A stretch of 64,000 nt of DNA from Gordius albopunctatus (lineage: Eukaryota), in NCBI GenBank assembly GCA_964276515.1, contig OZ193909.1:15624001-15688000 (forward strand). The letters are read 5' to 3'. The notes beneath the pieces were generated by a model that was not told where the DNA came from, searched no databases, and saw nothing but the letters and a program-made list of their open reading frames with translations. The position numbers and the translations under genes are program-made. Below, piece after piece: positions 13,071-44,536 of the stretch. Within the stretch, counting starts at the first letter, position 1. Each line of letters opens with the position of its first letter.

Positions 13071-13341
13071 CCTGGCGCTTTCACGGAACCAGATGCTCGA
13101 TTTTTCCATATACACGTCGACCTAGTGGGACCACTACCTTCGAGAATGGTTTCACAAATATTATGACGGCAGTTCATCGTTTTTCAGGATGGCCCATGGC
13201 TGTTTCTCTAAAAGAAACTTCCACCGAAAAGATCGCCAATAAAATTGTTGAAAACTGGACTGGATAGCAAAATATGGAGTTCCGACTACGGTTACTACAA
13301 ACACAGGCTCACAATTTCAATCTAACTTGCTCAGAGAACTA
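13071..13341 (+). mobile_element. Gypsy-type integrase fragment
   Basis: Reads ARFFHIHVDLVGPLP..NGFTNIMTAVHRFSGWPMAVSL...WIAKYGVPTTVTTNTGSQFQS with frameshifts. Confidence 0.8.
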
Positions 13342-13344
13342 TCG

Positions 13345-14721
13345 GTTATATTTTTGTAATGTTATCAATTTATCTCTATATTTTTTGGTCCTGGCTACAC
13401 ATATGTAATTTGCTTATAGGTGCTCAGAAATTAAAAATGTTATGCTGGTGGTTTAAATATTATAAGATAGGCACTAAAATATTTGGGTTCATATTTCATA
13501 AAATTATTTTCAATTTTGTGGGTTCGTAACGAGTGTATATGATTTTCCAAGAGGTTTGAAAGAGTATACTCGCATAACTTCGACCTGGAAATGTAACAAA
13601 ATGATAATAAAATTTTTTTGTATGACATGCTACTATTTTATTGCATCTAAATCTAAACAACTATCAATCAAACAAATTACTTATAAACATTAAAATTGCA
13701 ACACATTCAAGAATAAATATTTTAGAAACATTAGTTATAACAGTTTTCAGGCTATTTGCTTGTTAGGCAATAGGTGCTTGGGTACAGTGTAAAATTTTAA
13801 CTGAAGTTAATACATTTATTATTTATTATGGTCAATATTATTTTTTTACAGATTATGCAAATAATCATTTATACATTAAAACATAGGAAACAAAACAAGA
13901 TACTTAATGTATCCAAAAAAATTTATGTCAACGAATTATAAAAAAATAAATAAATCCTGATTTACTAATATAACCGCTTTGGTAAGGAAAGAAATTGGCC
14001 TAATTAAGGTTTAAAACCAAAGCGGTTATGTTAGTAAATCAGGGTTAATTTATTTTTCGTATAACACTTTTACATAAATTCATTTGGATACATAGAGTTT
14101 CTTGGTTTGATTTCTGAATATCTGCATAAGATATAAAAAAATAATACTAACCATAATATATGATAAATGTATAATTAACCTAGAACACCACCATCTTGCC
14201 GACCGCCATCATCGGCAAATGGCTGGCCCTACCCTCAACTCCACTTACAATGTTACACTGTACCTAAGCACCTACGCCTTAACAATCGGAATTTAAATTG
14301 CCTTTAACAAGTAAATAGCCTAAACTGTTCCTAGAACTAATGTTTTAATATATTTTTCCTTGAATGATTTGAATTTTTTGTTTTCAAGTAGTTTGTTAAA
14401 ATTTGATAGTTGTTTTGATTTAGATGCAATAAAATAGTAGTATGTCAATTAAAAAATATTATTACTCCTCCATTTTGTTCCAATTCCAGGTAGAAGGAGT
14501 GTTAACTCAATCATAATACACTCGTTACGAGTCCGCAAAATTTAGAATAATTTGATGAAATATAAATTCAAATATTTTAGTGTATATCTAATAATATTTA
14601 AACCACCAGCATAACATTTTTACTTTCTAAGCACGTATAAGTAAAATACATATGTGTAGCCAGGAGGGAAAAATATATAGGTAGATGTTGTATATTGATG
14701 ATAATAATACTAAAATATAAC
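13345..14721. repeat. Foldback (long inverted repeat) element
   Basis: 13345-13984 is the imperfect reverse complement of 14014-14721 (for example aaaaatgttatgctggtggtttaaatattat / ataatatttaaaccaccagcataacattttt); spacer about 30 bp. Confidence 0.85.
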
Positions 14722-14727
14722 TAGTAG

Positions 14728-15990
14728 TGTAGTGGTGACGTGGCTCCGAGAGGGCCAAGGGGCCCAGACCTATGGGTCAATATTAATAACAGGGCTGGCT
14801 TAAAGTGCATTGAGAAAAATACGGAAAGGCTAGGGAGGGCTTAGAGTTCTTTGAGTTTCTAGAGCCATAAACTAAGCCTAGAAAATATTATCAACGTCTG
14901 CTTTATCTGCCCCTAGTGAAAGATCAGCGCGTTTATGAAGAGCCAAATGCAGACTATCTAAAGCTTGGGTCATTTTGTTGAAAGCGGTATAACGATATAA
15001 TGACTTACAAACATGGTATAGCGATATTATTAACCGAAAGAATGATAACGCTGTATACAGTGCAATAATATATGTTATAACCTATTAACTGTAATTTAAT
15101 TAACATTCGAGGCATAAACACTGTTCGGTAATTTACTTATCACCAGAGGCAGAGGCACTACCACTACTCTCTATAGTCACAGACAAAACCCGTAAGAAAT
15201 GCTGGCGGTTTACGACTAAGTTGCGGGTATCTAAGTTCCTCACGGTCGTAAAATGATTTTGAATTTGTTCCATTGCTTATCTCCTACGTTGAACATACCC
15301 GATTTCCCGTTCTCTAGCCATTGTTGTAGTACCGTTTCCCTTACGTTCTTTTTAGCATCGCATGGACTAGGCTTTTATTAGTTAAGGGGTTTTTGTAGTT
15401 CTGTAGTTTTTCAAAAATCTACTTTGACCCACTGCCGACTCGTTTCTTATAATGGCTTCTTTGATCAATATACCTTTCTCTCAGCCCTTTGGAAGCAGGA
15501 TAGTAAGGGGTTGTCCATCGCTGATTAATCCCATCTTGCAAAATTTTTGTAACGCCTGGCCTCTGGATTGCGGCCCGTTATCGGATATTATAAAAAGTGG
15601 GTTCCCGAACCTCGCGAACATTTCGGCAAGATTTTCCTTATGGTCATCAATGGTGTCTTCTAACTTAAACACTTCTACCCATTTTGAACTATTTTCCACA
15701 AATTAGGGAATGTTTCCCCCTGAGAGGGTCCATTAAAAAGGTCTGTGGCTAGGTTGACACTCAATCTACGGTGTCTTCTTCGACGCCGTGGCGGTTTAAT
15801 TGTGATTTCAACACCCTTGTGTTAATCTCAACAAGTCATGGCCGGGAGTCGGCTACCTACCATATATACTGCTATGCCACTTCTTACATTCCCTAAGTAG
15901 TCTTTGAACTACGGCTCCTCTTAACTTAGCCAGAATTAATATTCGTCGTCCTTGGTAAAATATTAAGTTTTTGCAGTCGCGTAACTTTGG
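14728..15990 (-). mobile_element. Gypsy LTR retrotransposon remnant (probable LTR 14728-15168 plus integrase)
   Basis: ORF 15481-15699 SKWVEVF...FARFGNPLFIISDNGPQ is an integrase core; putative LTR bounded by TGTAGTGGT...ACCACTAC. Right boundary approximate. Confidence 0.7.
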
Positions 15991-17482
15991 CGAATGTTTT
16001 ATTCATGTCTTGTTAACAGTTCTAATAATACGTGTCGTTACTAAAGCTGTTAAGTGACTAGTTAAATGTATTTTAATAAAAGTTACTGTAATTGGATACT
16101 ATAATTGCGGAGGAACTGAAACATTAGTTGGTTAACTTATTTTAGTGCCCGTTCGATATATATATATTTAAAACCCGTTAATAATTTGGAAATATCAAAA
16201 TTAAACAGTGGCGTGGCTAGCCTCTTTGCCTTGGGGGGGGGGGGGGGGCAAGCTATGATTTTACACAAGTGGGAAGTGGTCAAACGCAATTGAAAAATTT
16301 TTACCCCATAAACGTTTGTCAAACTTAAAATTCCGTTACTAATTTGTGTATGTATAAGTCGGGCATAAAATAAAATAATTCATTTGGAACGATTATATCA
16401 AAACATTATAAAAAATTACACAAGATAAGTTTATATAAAAATGAATTATAAGAGCACCAAGTGGAGCCCGGATGACAAGAAAACTTTGATATTTTACATA
16501 ATAATGCAAATAGTAAAAAACTATAAAGAGTTTCCCCGGTTTAACAAAAGTTTTTATAAAAATTTTGTATTGTCACAACACAAACCCAAAAAATCTTGCC
16601 CATATATATAACAAATTTTAATTTTGCATATACGATATTGGCAGCGTTAAATTCAGGAAAACAATGACAACATTTAAAACCCTTTTTTAAGGGTAGATCC
16701 TTAGTAAAGTTAATCAGATCTTAAACAATATTAAAAACTATCTTTGTTAATATCAAAAAAAGGTCTTTAAGTGTGTAAATTTACTAATTGAAAATGGTAC
16801 ACTTTGCGTATGATATATACAACGGTAGGTTTTAATGGGTTAACATATACCTCAAATTTAGATTTATTCTTACAAAAAAATTTAAATAATTTAAAAATAT
16901 AGCAATTCATCGAGCTTTGAAAAAATAATTTTTTATTATAAACCCTATACACTTTAACGATTCGTTTAATCTAAACCTTTTATAATATCCATTCAGAAGA
17001 ACACAATTTAATTCTTACTCGACATATCAGGTAATATAATGATATGAATATGTATTGCGTCTTGCGATGTTCATGCAAGAATCATATTATAAAATTTTTG
17101 GGATAAATAATGACAAATAAAATAAATTATAATGTTGAAAAGTGCAATAATGATAATAATAAAAAATTAAACGTATAAAAGAATATTTACAAAATCATAA
17201 ATCTTATCAACATATATTAAGGCAAAAATGATTTGCTCTATCTATATATGGGTAGAAGAACATTACGAGGGAGGGGGGGGGGTGAGAAACACGACATTAA
17301 TACATTAATACTGGACAGTAGAATGGTAATTTTTTACAGGCGGCGGGTCTAATAATTCTAGTCAACTCGTCGGCGCAAGTTTACTAATGGGTGCAATAAA
17401 GTTTAAGGTGGTGGCAATGATATAAAAATGCTGGCATAGAAAAGACTGTCTAAATCTATTTTCCTTTGTCACAAGCGAAATC

Positions 17483-34918
<17,436 letters not shown>

Positions 34919-36350
34919 GGACTGAAAGCCCTTTTAGAGGTGTTTTTGAGTTAATAGTGGAAACTTTTTTATTCTTGGAGTTTTCAGTTTTACATTCACA
35001 CGTAGGGGATTGTGTTTAATGGTACGTATATTTATTAAAAGGATAGTCACGTGATTATTTTATTCAGCCTACCAGCGTCATCATAAAGGTTTTATCCTTT
35101 TCTATACAGTATACACAAATAACCTAGCTAACGTACGAATTGAAGAATATTGAAATGTAGTTGAATCCAAATCATGGAAAGGAAAATGCATACTTTTTAA
35201 CAAATTACTATATTTATATGTTATCTTAGTTGTCAAAATATTCATGTTGTTTAGATTGCATAAAGAAATCGGAAAAGGATATGGTTGCTTTGGATAAATA
35301 AGATTTGAAGATGGTGGTATTTTTGTTAAATATTGTTAGTAGATACAATTAACTAACATTGAGTTTTTTTAGGTTAATTAGTTTCTGGACAAAAATTTCA
35401 TTTGATATTTGGTAGTATTGTTAATTTTTTCCTGGCAATGATCTTAGCTTTGATGTGTAAATTGTTTTCATACATTTTAACATGTGAGTTTAGAATCCTT
35501 TTCAGATTTCTGAAATAAATTTTAAGATGTTTGTATGAAATTAATAAAATTCTTATCACAGTGATTTATGTTTTATAACCATATTATTTGGGCAGCTAAC
35601 ATTTAAGCAAGCAAGCTCTATTATAAGAATATATTACCAAAGTTATGTTGACCTGATATGCATTAGATTTTTTATTTGTATAAGTTGGTCAGAAAAAAAT
35701 GCTTAATTTAAGGCTACTAAAGGTATTTTGAAGGATGAATTATTTGTACATTTTAAAATGTAGAGAATATTGATTATTTAACAAATTCTATGTATTTGTA
35801 AATGGCCTTATCACTTTTTAAGTAAATGATAACTCTTTTCACCTAGAGGAATAAAATTGAGATAAACAATAACAATCGAATAGGAAAATCGACCCAACCC
35901 CCTAATATCAATTAATTATTTAAATTTTGCAATAATTTTTTCGCCTTTAAGTTTCAAAAATGTTATAATTTATATTTTAAGCGATTGTCATTAATTTTGA
36001 ATGTTGCGTTTATATGTTATATTATTAGAAGAGGTATATTTTAACATAACCAGCCTTGCTATTTCAAGTACTCGATTAAATTTTTTTTATTATGTATATT
36101 AAATTAATATAAAAGGTATCTAATTAATTTGGAGGCAAATTAACAAACTTTAATAGTTAATCTTTTAAAGTTAAATTCTTATTTATTAGTGATTAAAACA
36201 CCTAGTTTAATGAAAAATTTCCATTATTTAAATATATTGAACTATTTGTCCTATATGTTGAAAAAAATTGTAGAATAAAAAGATGCTTGGTGTTGGGATG
36301 AGTATTAACTATTTAGCATTTTGTAAGGGGTAGTTGGCATAGAAAGAACA

Positions 36351-37030
36351 AGTGTTTCAATCTCGTCTCGATCGAAAGCGAAATCACGTCTCGGGAGGAT
36401 AGACTAATAAAGCCATAGACTACAGAACAGCTGATTTTTAGTATTAAAATGATTCAGACACAAGAATGGCTGCCATCTTGTTGGATAACTCAACAACAGG
36501 TATATTTATACTTCTCCAAGAATAATATTAAAGAAAATAAATAAGACTAATAGCTTAATTTATAATTTAAAAAAATAAGCAAATTACAACAATAAATTAT
36601 GCTGAAATCTATTGTTTGATTACAATTTCCCACAAAATGACGTTTGCTATATATGCTGAAAAATTATCAGCTGTTCGGCTCTCTATGGTTTTATTAGTCT
36701 ATGCTCAGAAGCGATTATGAAAATCTCGTCTCAGTCTAGAAAAATCTTCGTCTTGACGAGAATCGACTTGTCTCGACTTTTTAAAAAAAATTATACGAAA
36801 TAAAATTATATCCTGTTTTATTAAAAATATTAAATAAGTGTTAAAAAATCCAAATGGCAAACCTTTTTATTTATAAAAACCTCAATACACAAACTTTTAG
36901 GGATTAAGCGCGACAATATAAAGAAATAAACAAATTTCTAAAAATAAAATTAATTTTCTATGAAAAGTGCAAATTAAAAAACTATAAAAATTGGAAGTAT
37001 AGTACGAAAAGATTGCTTTTTATGAAAATT
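36351..37030 (-). mobile_element. Partial copy of the 54106-54802 MITE family with a nested MITE (about 36400-36701)
   Basis: tctcgtctcg subterminal motifs and body match 54480-54800 inverted; nested element has TIRs tagactaataaagccataga..cagctgat / atcagctg..tctatggttttattagtcta. Confidence 0.65.
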
Positions 37031-37074
37031 TCATAGGTTTTGGCTTAATACTTTTTAAAATATAGTAAGCTTTT

Positions 37075-37523
37075 TTCGCTCGTGGGGTATGATTTTACCC
37101 CACGAATGCTCTTACGTAAGTTTTTTTCTGTTGGAAAAAATGTATGTATTATTTTTGTTTGATGATATCTTTTACAATTTTTGTTTTTAATACATTTTGA
37201 ACATTCTTTTAATAAAAAATCACGTTTATTTTGATTTATTTTAAGGTATATGATGTCAAGAGGTAAAATGAGGGGAAGCTCTAAAATAATCAAAATAAAA
37301 ATGGGGGTTCAGAAAATTGTTAATAAGTTTTTAATGTTGATTAGATTCATATTCATATCAAAATTTATACCATCAATCGTAAGACCATTATAAAAACATG
37401 TTTAAAATTTGAAAGGTTTTAAAAAAATACTTTGTAAGGTATAAGAAGTTAAAAAGTGGGGTAAAGTTATACCCCACGAATGCTCTCGCGTTCGTGATTT
37501 TCAGGAATACTCTCGAGAGTTAA
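37075..37523. mobile_element. piggyBac-like terminal fragment
   Basis: Two GTGGGGTA..TACCCCAC hairpin repeats (37082, 37457); terminus ctctcgagag followed by TTAA. Confidence 0.4.
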
Positions 37524-38419
37524 TTAAGATAAAATAAAAAAAAATGGCTAAAGAGGCCCAAGATTTTTCCCTAAGGGGGGGGGGCACGGGGCCTGGTTTT
37601 TATTATTTGGGGGGGGGGCAAACATATCAGGGTTGAAATTGGATTACATTGGGGATCTGCTCTAAATCCCTTTAATTTAATATTATAACTATGGACATGA
37701 TAACACACGAGACATCCAAAAGCCATCTCCTTGGTGTATGCTATATGTCGATAATATAGTACTATGCGACGGGAGGGACAAAGGTAAAAATATTAGGAAA
37801 AGTGGTCAAAGCGCTTAGCTTGATATGGTTTTAAGGTCAACAATCGGAAAACGGTATATATAAAGATGAATGTTACAGATACCCCATCAATAGGTGACCA
37901 TCTAAAGTACCCAATAGGGGACAGGGTTACATACCTCAGCTCGATGGCAAGAGAGAGGGTGCGCGAAGGAAGTCAATGCTCTGGTCCAAAATGGATGGCA
38001 TAAATGGCGAGGTGTATTGTGCCACAAGCCGATGCCAATATATTTAAAGAGCATAGCTTACAAATCCTTCGTAGGATCGGTGCTACTCTAGGGAAGTGAA
38101 ACATGGGCACTAAACTCCACCGAAAAAAGCTATTATAGGCCAATGAGATGAGAATTATAGAGTTGCAACTTTTGGCGAACTTGATTAAATCGGCCAAGGT
38201 GGTATGCGTATATAATAAGAAGGGAGAGGAATGAAGCAAATCGAAAAATACTAGGCATGGAGGTAGCGGGGAAGAGAGAAGGAAGGAGACGTTCTCATGT
38301 CACGTGAAAAGGGCAAGCATTGAAAACTAAGAAAATTACTCAAGTCATGTCCCCTACCTGATCATCAAATACTTGATAAAGTAGATGAAGATATATACTT
38401 TTTTTTAATTTTTGCGAAA

Positions 38420-39100
38420 AAGAGGTTATAATCATTAGTTTCCTTTTTATGAATTCACTCGGCATTCCCAGCAAGAAAGTGGAAATTTTATAGATTAGAG
38501 GAGTGATTTTATTCCGCAATCTGAGTACTTGATTTCCCTTTCATGTCTTGCTTGATACAAAAAGTATTTTGACATTCAACGTTTGATTCGACTAGCAGAT
38601 AAGATTGCAACTCAGATAAAATTCACAGGAATCAGGGTTGATCAACAAGTTTAGCGAAAGCTATTTTATATCACTTAGATGTTCAATTTAAACCTCAATT
38701 TGACAAGAGGCATAATCTTCGTACTAATATTTCAACTAAATCCATTGAGGCTTATTTAAATTAACAATTTTTATCTCCTTGATTGAATCCTTCATGATAC
38801 AAATTTTAGAACGGTTTTTGATGCGAAACAGTATCTTAACTCATTTGAAATTGTTTTTTCCGCAAGATCGGTCAATTATTATGCTAGAAACACAGTAAAT
38901 TTTTGGCTAAAATTTACTGAATTCAAATGTCAAAACATCAACTAAAATAAAATGGTTTATAGTATATATGCCTTTTTCTCAAATATAAAAGACCTGTCTT
39001 CGCTCGACCTAACAGCTCTTTTTGTCTCCCCATAACCACATGCACCAATGAACGAAATATTGTGCATAGTTAGGAGATTGAAAAATTATTGAAAGTATGT
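38420..39100 (+). pseudogene. Heavily decayed hAT transposase related to 5124-6272
   Basis: 38719-38815 (RTNISTKSIE..Y...TIFI...QILERF) and accacatgcaccaatgaacga (TTCTNER) parallel the 5625-6272 ORF. Confidence 0.7.
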
Positions 39101-41027
39101 CTGTAGCGTTGCGTCCATTACCTCGCGACGTTAATTGACCAATCACAAACACCTCGAGGACTCAACACTAAATTTAATTGTTTATTCAATTATTGCGCGA
39201 TTATATAAACGCACTTATTTTTCTCAAAAGACACTTGCTCTTGTATTTGGATATTTAATAAAACTATCCCGAAATGTCCATCGATAGATGATGGATTGAC
39301 TTTATTAACAATTCGACGGGAATGTTACTACCTCATGTGAACTTTTGATAGAAAATCGAAGGGCAAAAGAAAAACTAATCTCGTCTTATAATAACTATTT
39401 TTTATAACGCTTTATATTTTATATGCAAATTTATATCATTTTGGATGTCATTGTTAGACTTTCGGTCTAAACCGGGCCCGGTCCGATTTTTTAACTAAAT
39501 TACCCGCACGGGATCTTTAAATCCTTCTTAGAGTTCCCCCGGCCATGTCCTAATTATCAAAGCTGTCGGATTTGCCCTTCTCGAAATATTTATTTTTTGA
39601 ATTTTTAGGAGTAATTTCCTTATATTTTAGAAAATTATAAATTTAATGCTCGTTTTAATAAAATTATACAATCAAATAAAAAGGTGACAAATTAATATAC
39701 AAAAACAATATAATACAACATTTAATAATCTTATTGAGCACAAACCTCTCGGATCTTGTTATGGTGCCCGACCGGGCCCACAAGAAAATCTAATTTATCG
39801 ACAGTGCCTCGCCCCGGCCCATAGGCTGAACCAGCCGGATATTTATCCTCTCTCATTTTTATTATATTATAAAAATAGGAAAATTTCCGCCCCCTTTGAG
39901 AAAATCTTGATTCTGGTGACCAGAAGAGTAACAATTTAAGTGTTTTATATATTTTTTTATTATTATATTATTGTCGAATTTCTTGATAAATTAGCAAGAC
40001 ATGATAAAATATTATGCATTTTATCAAATCAATCAAAAATTTAAATAGGGACAGACAATGGACGGGGCAAATTTAAAGAAATTTTCCGATTTTAAAAATA
40101 ATTTCTAGTTTTTAATAGTCATAGTTTTATGGCAACGATAATTCTTCCTATTGGGAGGGGAGTGTTTCCCTTATGGATTTTAGTAATGTCAGCTTATACC
40201 CTTGAGCTAAAAAGTTATTTTTCCATTCACAACACATACAAAAATTGAAAAAAATGATAAAATGTTTATTTTAAAGTCATGATGATAATCTATAAATGCG
40301 CTAATTAGAAGCTTTTGTGACATCTGTGTCCTTAAATTTAACATCCATCAAATTCTGAAATAAATGGTAAATGAATTTTTGAATGTACTTATGTATTTTG
40401 CTTTATTAGACAATCGACATTGACAAATGTGATTTTTGAACCTTTACCAATTTTAATTGAGACCTATTTAAAATAATAATATGAAATTTTAATTTATTGA
40501 GTGATAATTAATTTTATGTCAAAACAAAAGCATATATTATAAAGGAAAATCAGCAGGGGGAAAGATCTTTTGTATATTTGACCCGAAAACATCTAAATTG
40601 TGTTAAATTAAACATCACCCAGAGTAAAGTGGGATTTTAGCATTATCAGAAAAAATTATAACTAAACTTAAGATTTTGAACTATAAAGATAAAGGGATGT
40701 AAGTTTTCCCCTGCAAATAATTATAAATCGATTGGTTTTTAAGCATAAAGCTCTTTTTTATACAAATTTTATAATCTCTAATGAACTTTTTATTTGGATT
40801 TGATGTTTAATTCCTTGCAGCAAGTCACCGAATATAATCGCTTGCACAAGAAAGTAACTTTTTAGTTATTAAACATTATTTTGTTAGAAATGACACCAAT
40901 TTTCTAAAATATTGTGATATGTTTCTACTTTTATAAATTGTAAAACTCGAACTAGAAATATTATTCAAGACTTTATGGCAAGGTTATACAACTTAAAACT
41001 CTTGATATTAATGAAAATAATATAACC

Positions 41028-41198
41028 CATGGACGTTGCCGGGGGGGGGGCAGGCAGGAGCGGTTACCCCCCTCTAAATTCAAAATTTGTTGAATTTTAT
41101 TAAAACTATGGCTAAAATTTCAAAAAAAAACGATAATTTTGCTCCTCGCTAAATTATTATGCCCCCCCCTCTAAATCCCAATGCTGGCTACACCCATG
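41028..41198. mobile_element. Short hAT-type MITE
   Basis: Ends CATGGACGTTGCC / GGCTACACCCATG; TSD atataacc / ataaaacc. Confidence 0.7.
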
Positions 41199-41628
41199 AT
41201 AAAACCGGTGAACAAGTGACGCAAATTAAATAATAAATATCCGTCAATTACTATGTTTATCAATTTAATATAGTCTAATTTATAAAAAAATCATTTTTAT
41301 AGTAATAAAGATTATATTGACAACCATTTAAATATTTTATAGCATTCCTGGATTCCTTCCTTCAATATTGTGCCCTCTAGCCTTATGATTAGTAAGCATT
41401 CATCTTTTCCATTATTCCCTATCAACTTTATCTATCTAATGCTTGATATATTTTTTTTATTCTATTTCAATAAAAAGTGCATAGTTTTAAATGACTGCGA
41501 CAAATAAAATGTCGAATCATATATTATCATATTTTTGTTTTACTTATTATCTACGAATAACATTGCTAATTAAATGATGATTATTTTTTTAAGTAGTATG
41601 GAGTTGCTTAAGTGTATCATCGGGACAC

Positions 41629-42648
41629 ATGATGCCCTTTATATCCAATTTCGAAGCTACCTACATAATCGCCAATAATTCCGCTTTTTCCGTTCAAGTA
41701 CCCAAAAATAAAACCGGTCTCTTCGTATTGAACAATAACAACGTTCGAAATCATTACACCAACGACATAACCCTGATCCACAATGATTTCAAGCTTAATT
41801 TTAACCAGAAAAGTAGGGAAAAAGCGAGACAACCCCGTCCTAGTCTAAACCCAGCACAGCCCATTCCCAAAGATTCATTGTACGATGGGGCTAGGTTAGA
41901 TGAATTTAGTCACTTTTTGCGGCTGTTGATTGCCATGCATAATCACTTGATTGATAGTCGGGACAACGTAGGTAAAGATATAAATTTCAGAAATAGTAGA
42001 GGAGGTAATAGAAGAAATGGACGTCGAGCTAATAGAACGATAGAACGACGCGAGAGAAGTTCTAAGCAGATTGAGACATATCGTTACAGGCGACCTGGGG
42101 TTAAAGTGGAACACAAAAAGTCTCATCGCTCTTACAGAGGTTCTCCAGAACAATATAAAAATATTTTAGGGGATTACATCGCTTTGCTAGAACGTTTTAT
42201 GGAAAATTACGGGATGGACATCGGTCAAACACCATTGGAATCACCCTTTTTTCAGCAACTAATGAACGATCCTAAATCTCAGCTAGGATTTTACGATAAG
42301 GAATTTTTGGAAAACACCTTGCTCAACGTCAATCTCAACACCAACAGTTATAAGATGGATATTGAGTTAGAAGGACACGGTTATGAGGATTCTGATATAG
42401 AATTCCTAGCGGCCGAAAGGAACGTCTCGATGCTCATGTCCTTACAAATCAAGATTATAGGACAAATTCCGAAAGCTAAACCGTGGAAAACGTTAGCTTC
42501 CAATGCTTATCGGACGGTAGTTATTGATATTCCTAATGTGGTGAGGGCTTACCCAGCTTTGAAAAAGACCAAAGCCAAACAAATGGTGTCGTTCATGAAC
42601 AAAGTCGTTCACAAATTAGATACTTTGGCAGCAAATTCTTTGCCATAA
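41629..42648 (+). CDS. Uncharacterised 339-aa protein, possibly the terminal exon of a secreted protein
   Basis: 1020-bp open frame in AT-rich DNA with higher GC than its flanks; AATAAA at about 42675; no transposon motifs or family recognised. Confidence 0.7.
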   Translation: MMPFISNFEATYIIANNSAFSVQVPKNKTGLFVLNNNNVRNHYTNDITLIHNDFKLNFNQKSREKARQPRPSLNPAQPIPKDSLYDGARLDEFSHFLRLLIAMHNHLIDSRDNVGKDINFRNSRGGNRRNGRRANRTIERRERSSKQIETYRYRRPGVKVEHKKSHRSYRGSPEQYKNILGDYIALLERFMENYGMDIGQTPLESPFFQQLMNDPKSQLGFYDKEFLENTLLNVNLNTNSYKMDIELEGHGYEDSDIEFLAAERNVSMLMSLQIKIIGQIPKAKPWKTLASNAYRTVVIDIPNVVRAYPALKKTKAKQMVSFMNKVVHKLDTLAANSLP

Positions 42649-43238
42649 TTATATTCTAAAGTTGGGAAAGGGAAATAAAATTTATATTTATATTGCATTA
42701 AAAATGTCATTTTATATACCTAAAATTGTTAAGCATGGCATTCTTTGTAATAATTTTCGAATTGAAATATTTTATCTTGCAAATTCCTTCCGAAAGAGTT
42801 AATCAAAATTTTTTAAATATATTTCTCCCTAATAACCTATCAAGGCCCAATGCCAAGTTTATATCAAATTCTTTTTCCCTCTACCCGACGACCCATAATA
42901 AAACTGTTCCTGCATTTAAAGTCCTAGCGAACATTGTGATCTAATTGGGTGATATTACAAAACACCTTAAGCTTAAAATATGCAATTATTCAATTAAAAT
43001 ATTTAAAAAGAATTAAAGAGGTATTAAAATTTAAAACAAATTATTTGCTATGATTTATATTGATAATGCAATGTTCTCGGCTACATTGCTAAGTTTTTTT
43101 TTATCGTTGACCAAGTTCTTTAATTTTAAATTTTATAATCAAGTGCTAAGTTTTTTTTAAATAAGTCAATTTCATTTATACAATTAGTATCATTATTTTG
43201 AATAGTAAAAAAAATTATAATCTATTTTTATTTATTTA

Positions 43239-43680
43239 CTAGATGAACCCGGCAAACGTTGTTTTGCCATTTACCCGGGTGTATTAAATTATGTTGGAAT
43301 TTTAGGGCATACATGATGATAAAGCGGTTATTGAAGTAAAAATAAAGTTTGATAATTTTCAAACAAATAGTTAAAGAGGGTCCAAGGCTCAGGCCCACCC
43401 AAGAGATAAAACCTGGCCCCATCCCGCCCCCCCCCCCCCAAAGGGAAAAATCTTAGGCCCCCTGGCCTTTTAAGCAATTTTTTATATTTTTTTGTAATTA
43501 AAAAACAATATCATAATTATTTTCTTCTGAATAAAACTTTTAATTCTGAACTTAATTTCTCCTTATTTAACGCGCAAAAAATGACAAAATTAGATTTTTT
43601 AATTTATTTAGCCACGCAGGAGGGGACACGACCGTCCTATAATAATAATAATTGACGTGAAAAATAAGCAAAAAAATGAC
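43239..43680 (-). mobile_element. Helitron-like 3' end (family B)
   Basis: Minus-strand GGCAAAACAACGTTTGCC hairpin followed by ...ATCTAG|T; internal match to 7251-7325. Confidence 0.65.
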
Positions 43681-44012
43681 TTTGATTCATGGGCGTACCC
43701 CTCCCCCCTTAATTTAAAAAAAAAAATTTTTCAATACAAAAACCCTTAAAAATTATGTTTTGCCCCCCCCCCCCACTAATTAGCCAGGGAAGAGCAGAAA
43801 GGGCGGCTGCCCCCCTCCCTAATTAGTCAAGGGAGGGCGGCTACCCCCTGTGGGTCTTAGGAAAAATTTAGGAATTTAGTAGTCGAAGACCTTTTTTTTT
43901 GCTCTCATGAAAATTTTTGGATACTCGAGAAAAATTTTTTTACCTGCTTATTATACAATAATACCGTTATTTTATTTTTCTAGTTAGCTGATTTATTTGA
44001 AATACAATTTTC

Positions 44013-44536
44013 TTTAATATATTAAAATAATTAATTGAAGGCTGGATAATTATTAAAAATATGCTTCCATGATCGACCACGTGATAATAATTTAAATATT
44101 ATTTATTTAATTTAAATAGTTTGTTAAACCCCAATAATTTTGACCGTATACTGTAACATTTTTGTTATACTTTTAAATATCTAATTCGAGAAAACTTCAG
44201 CCTTGTATATATCACGTCATTATTCTATATGCTGCTATAAATTAAACTGGCCGGGAAATGTGCGATATTTTTAAAACTAAAAGGTATTTTAGGATTCTGA
44301 AAAAGCTATTTTACCCCTGGCATCCCTGGGCATCTACGGCTAAATTTTCGCGCGAATCGTGCCGGTATTTTTAGAATTAAGCCATTTTTTAAAACTAAAA
44401 GGCCCATATTTTTAAATTAAAAAGAATTTTAGGATTCTGAAAAGGCTATTTTACCCCTGGCCGATCTGGGAACCTACGGTTTAATTTTCGCGCGAATCGG
44501 GCCGGTAGTTTCAGAATTTAGCCCTTACATACATAC
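44013..44536 (-). mobile_element. Helitron family A body (5' end scattered to 45478-45513 and 48881-48893 by later insertions)
   Basis: Reverse complement of about 10690-11215 with few substitutions. Confidence 0.85.

Noticed and set aside
35160..35340. Possible divergent gene upstream of KDM5
   Set aside because: Only short frames with stops; no consistent exon chain was found.
37880..38300. GC-richer segment with an 88-aa minus-strand ORF
   Set aside because: Possibly a decayed retroelement end, but I could identify no motif.
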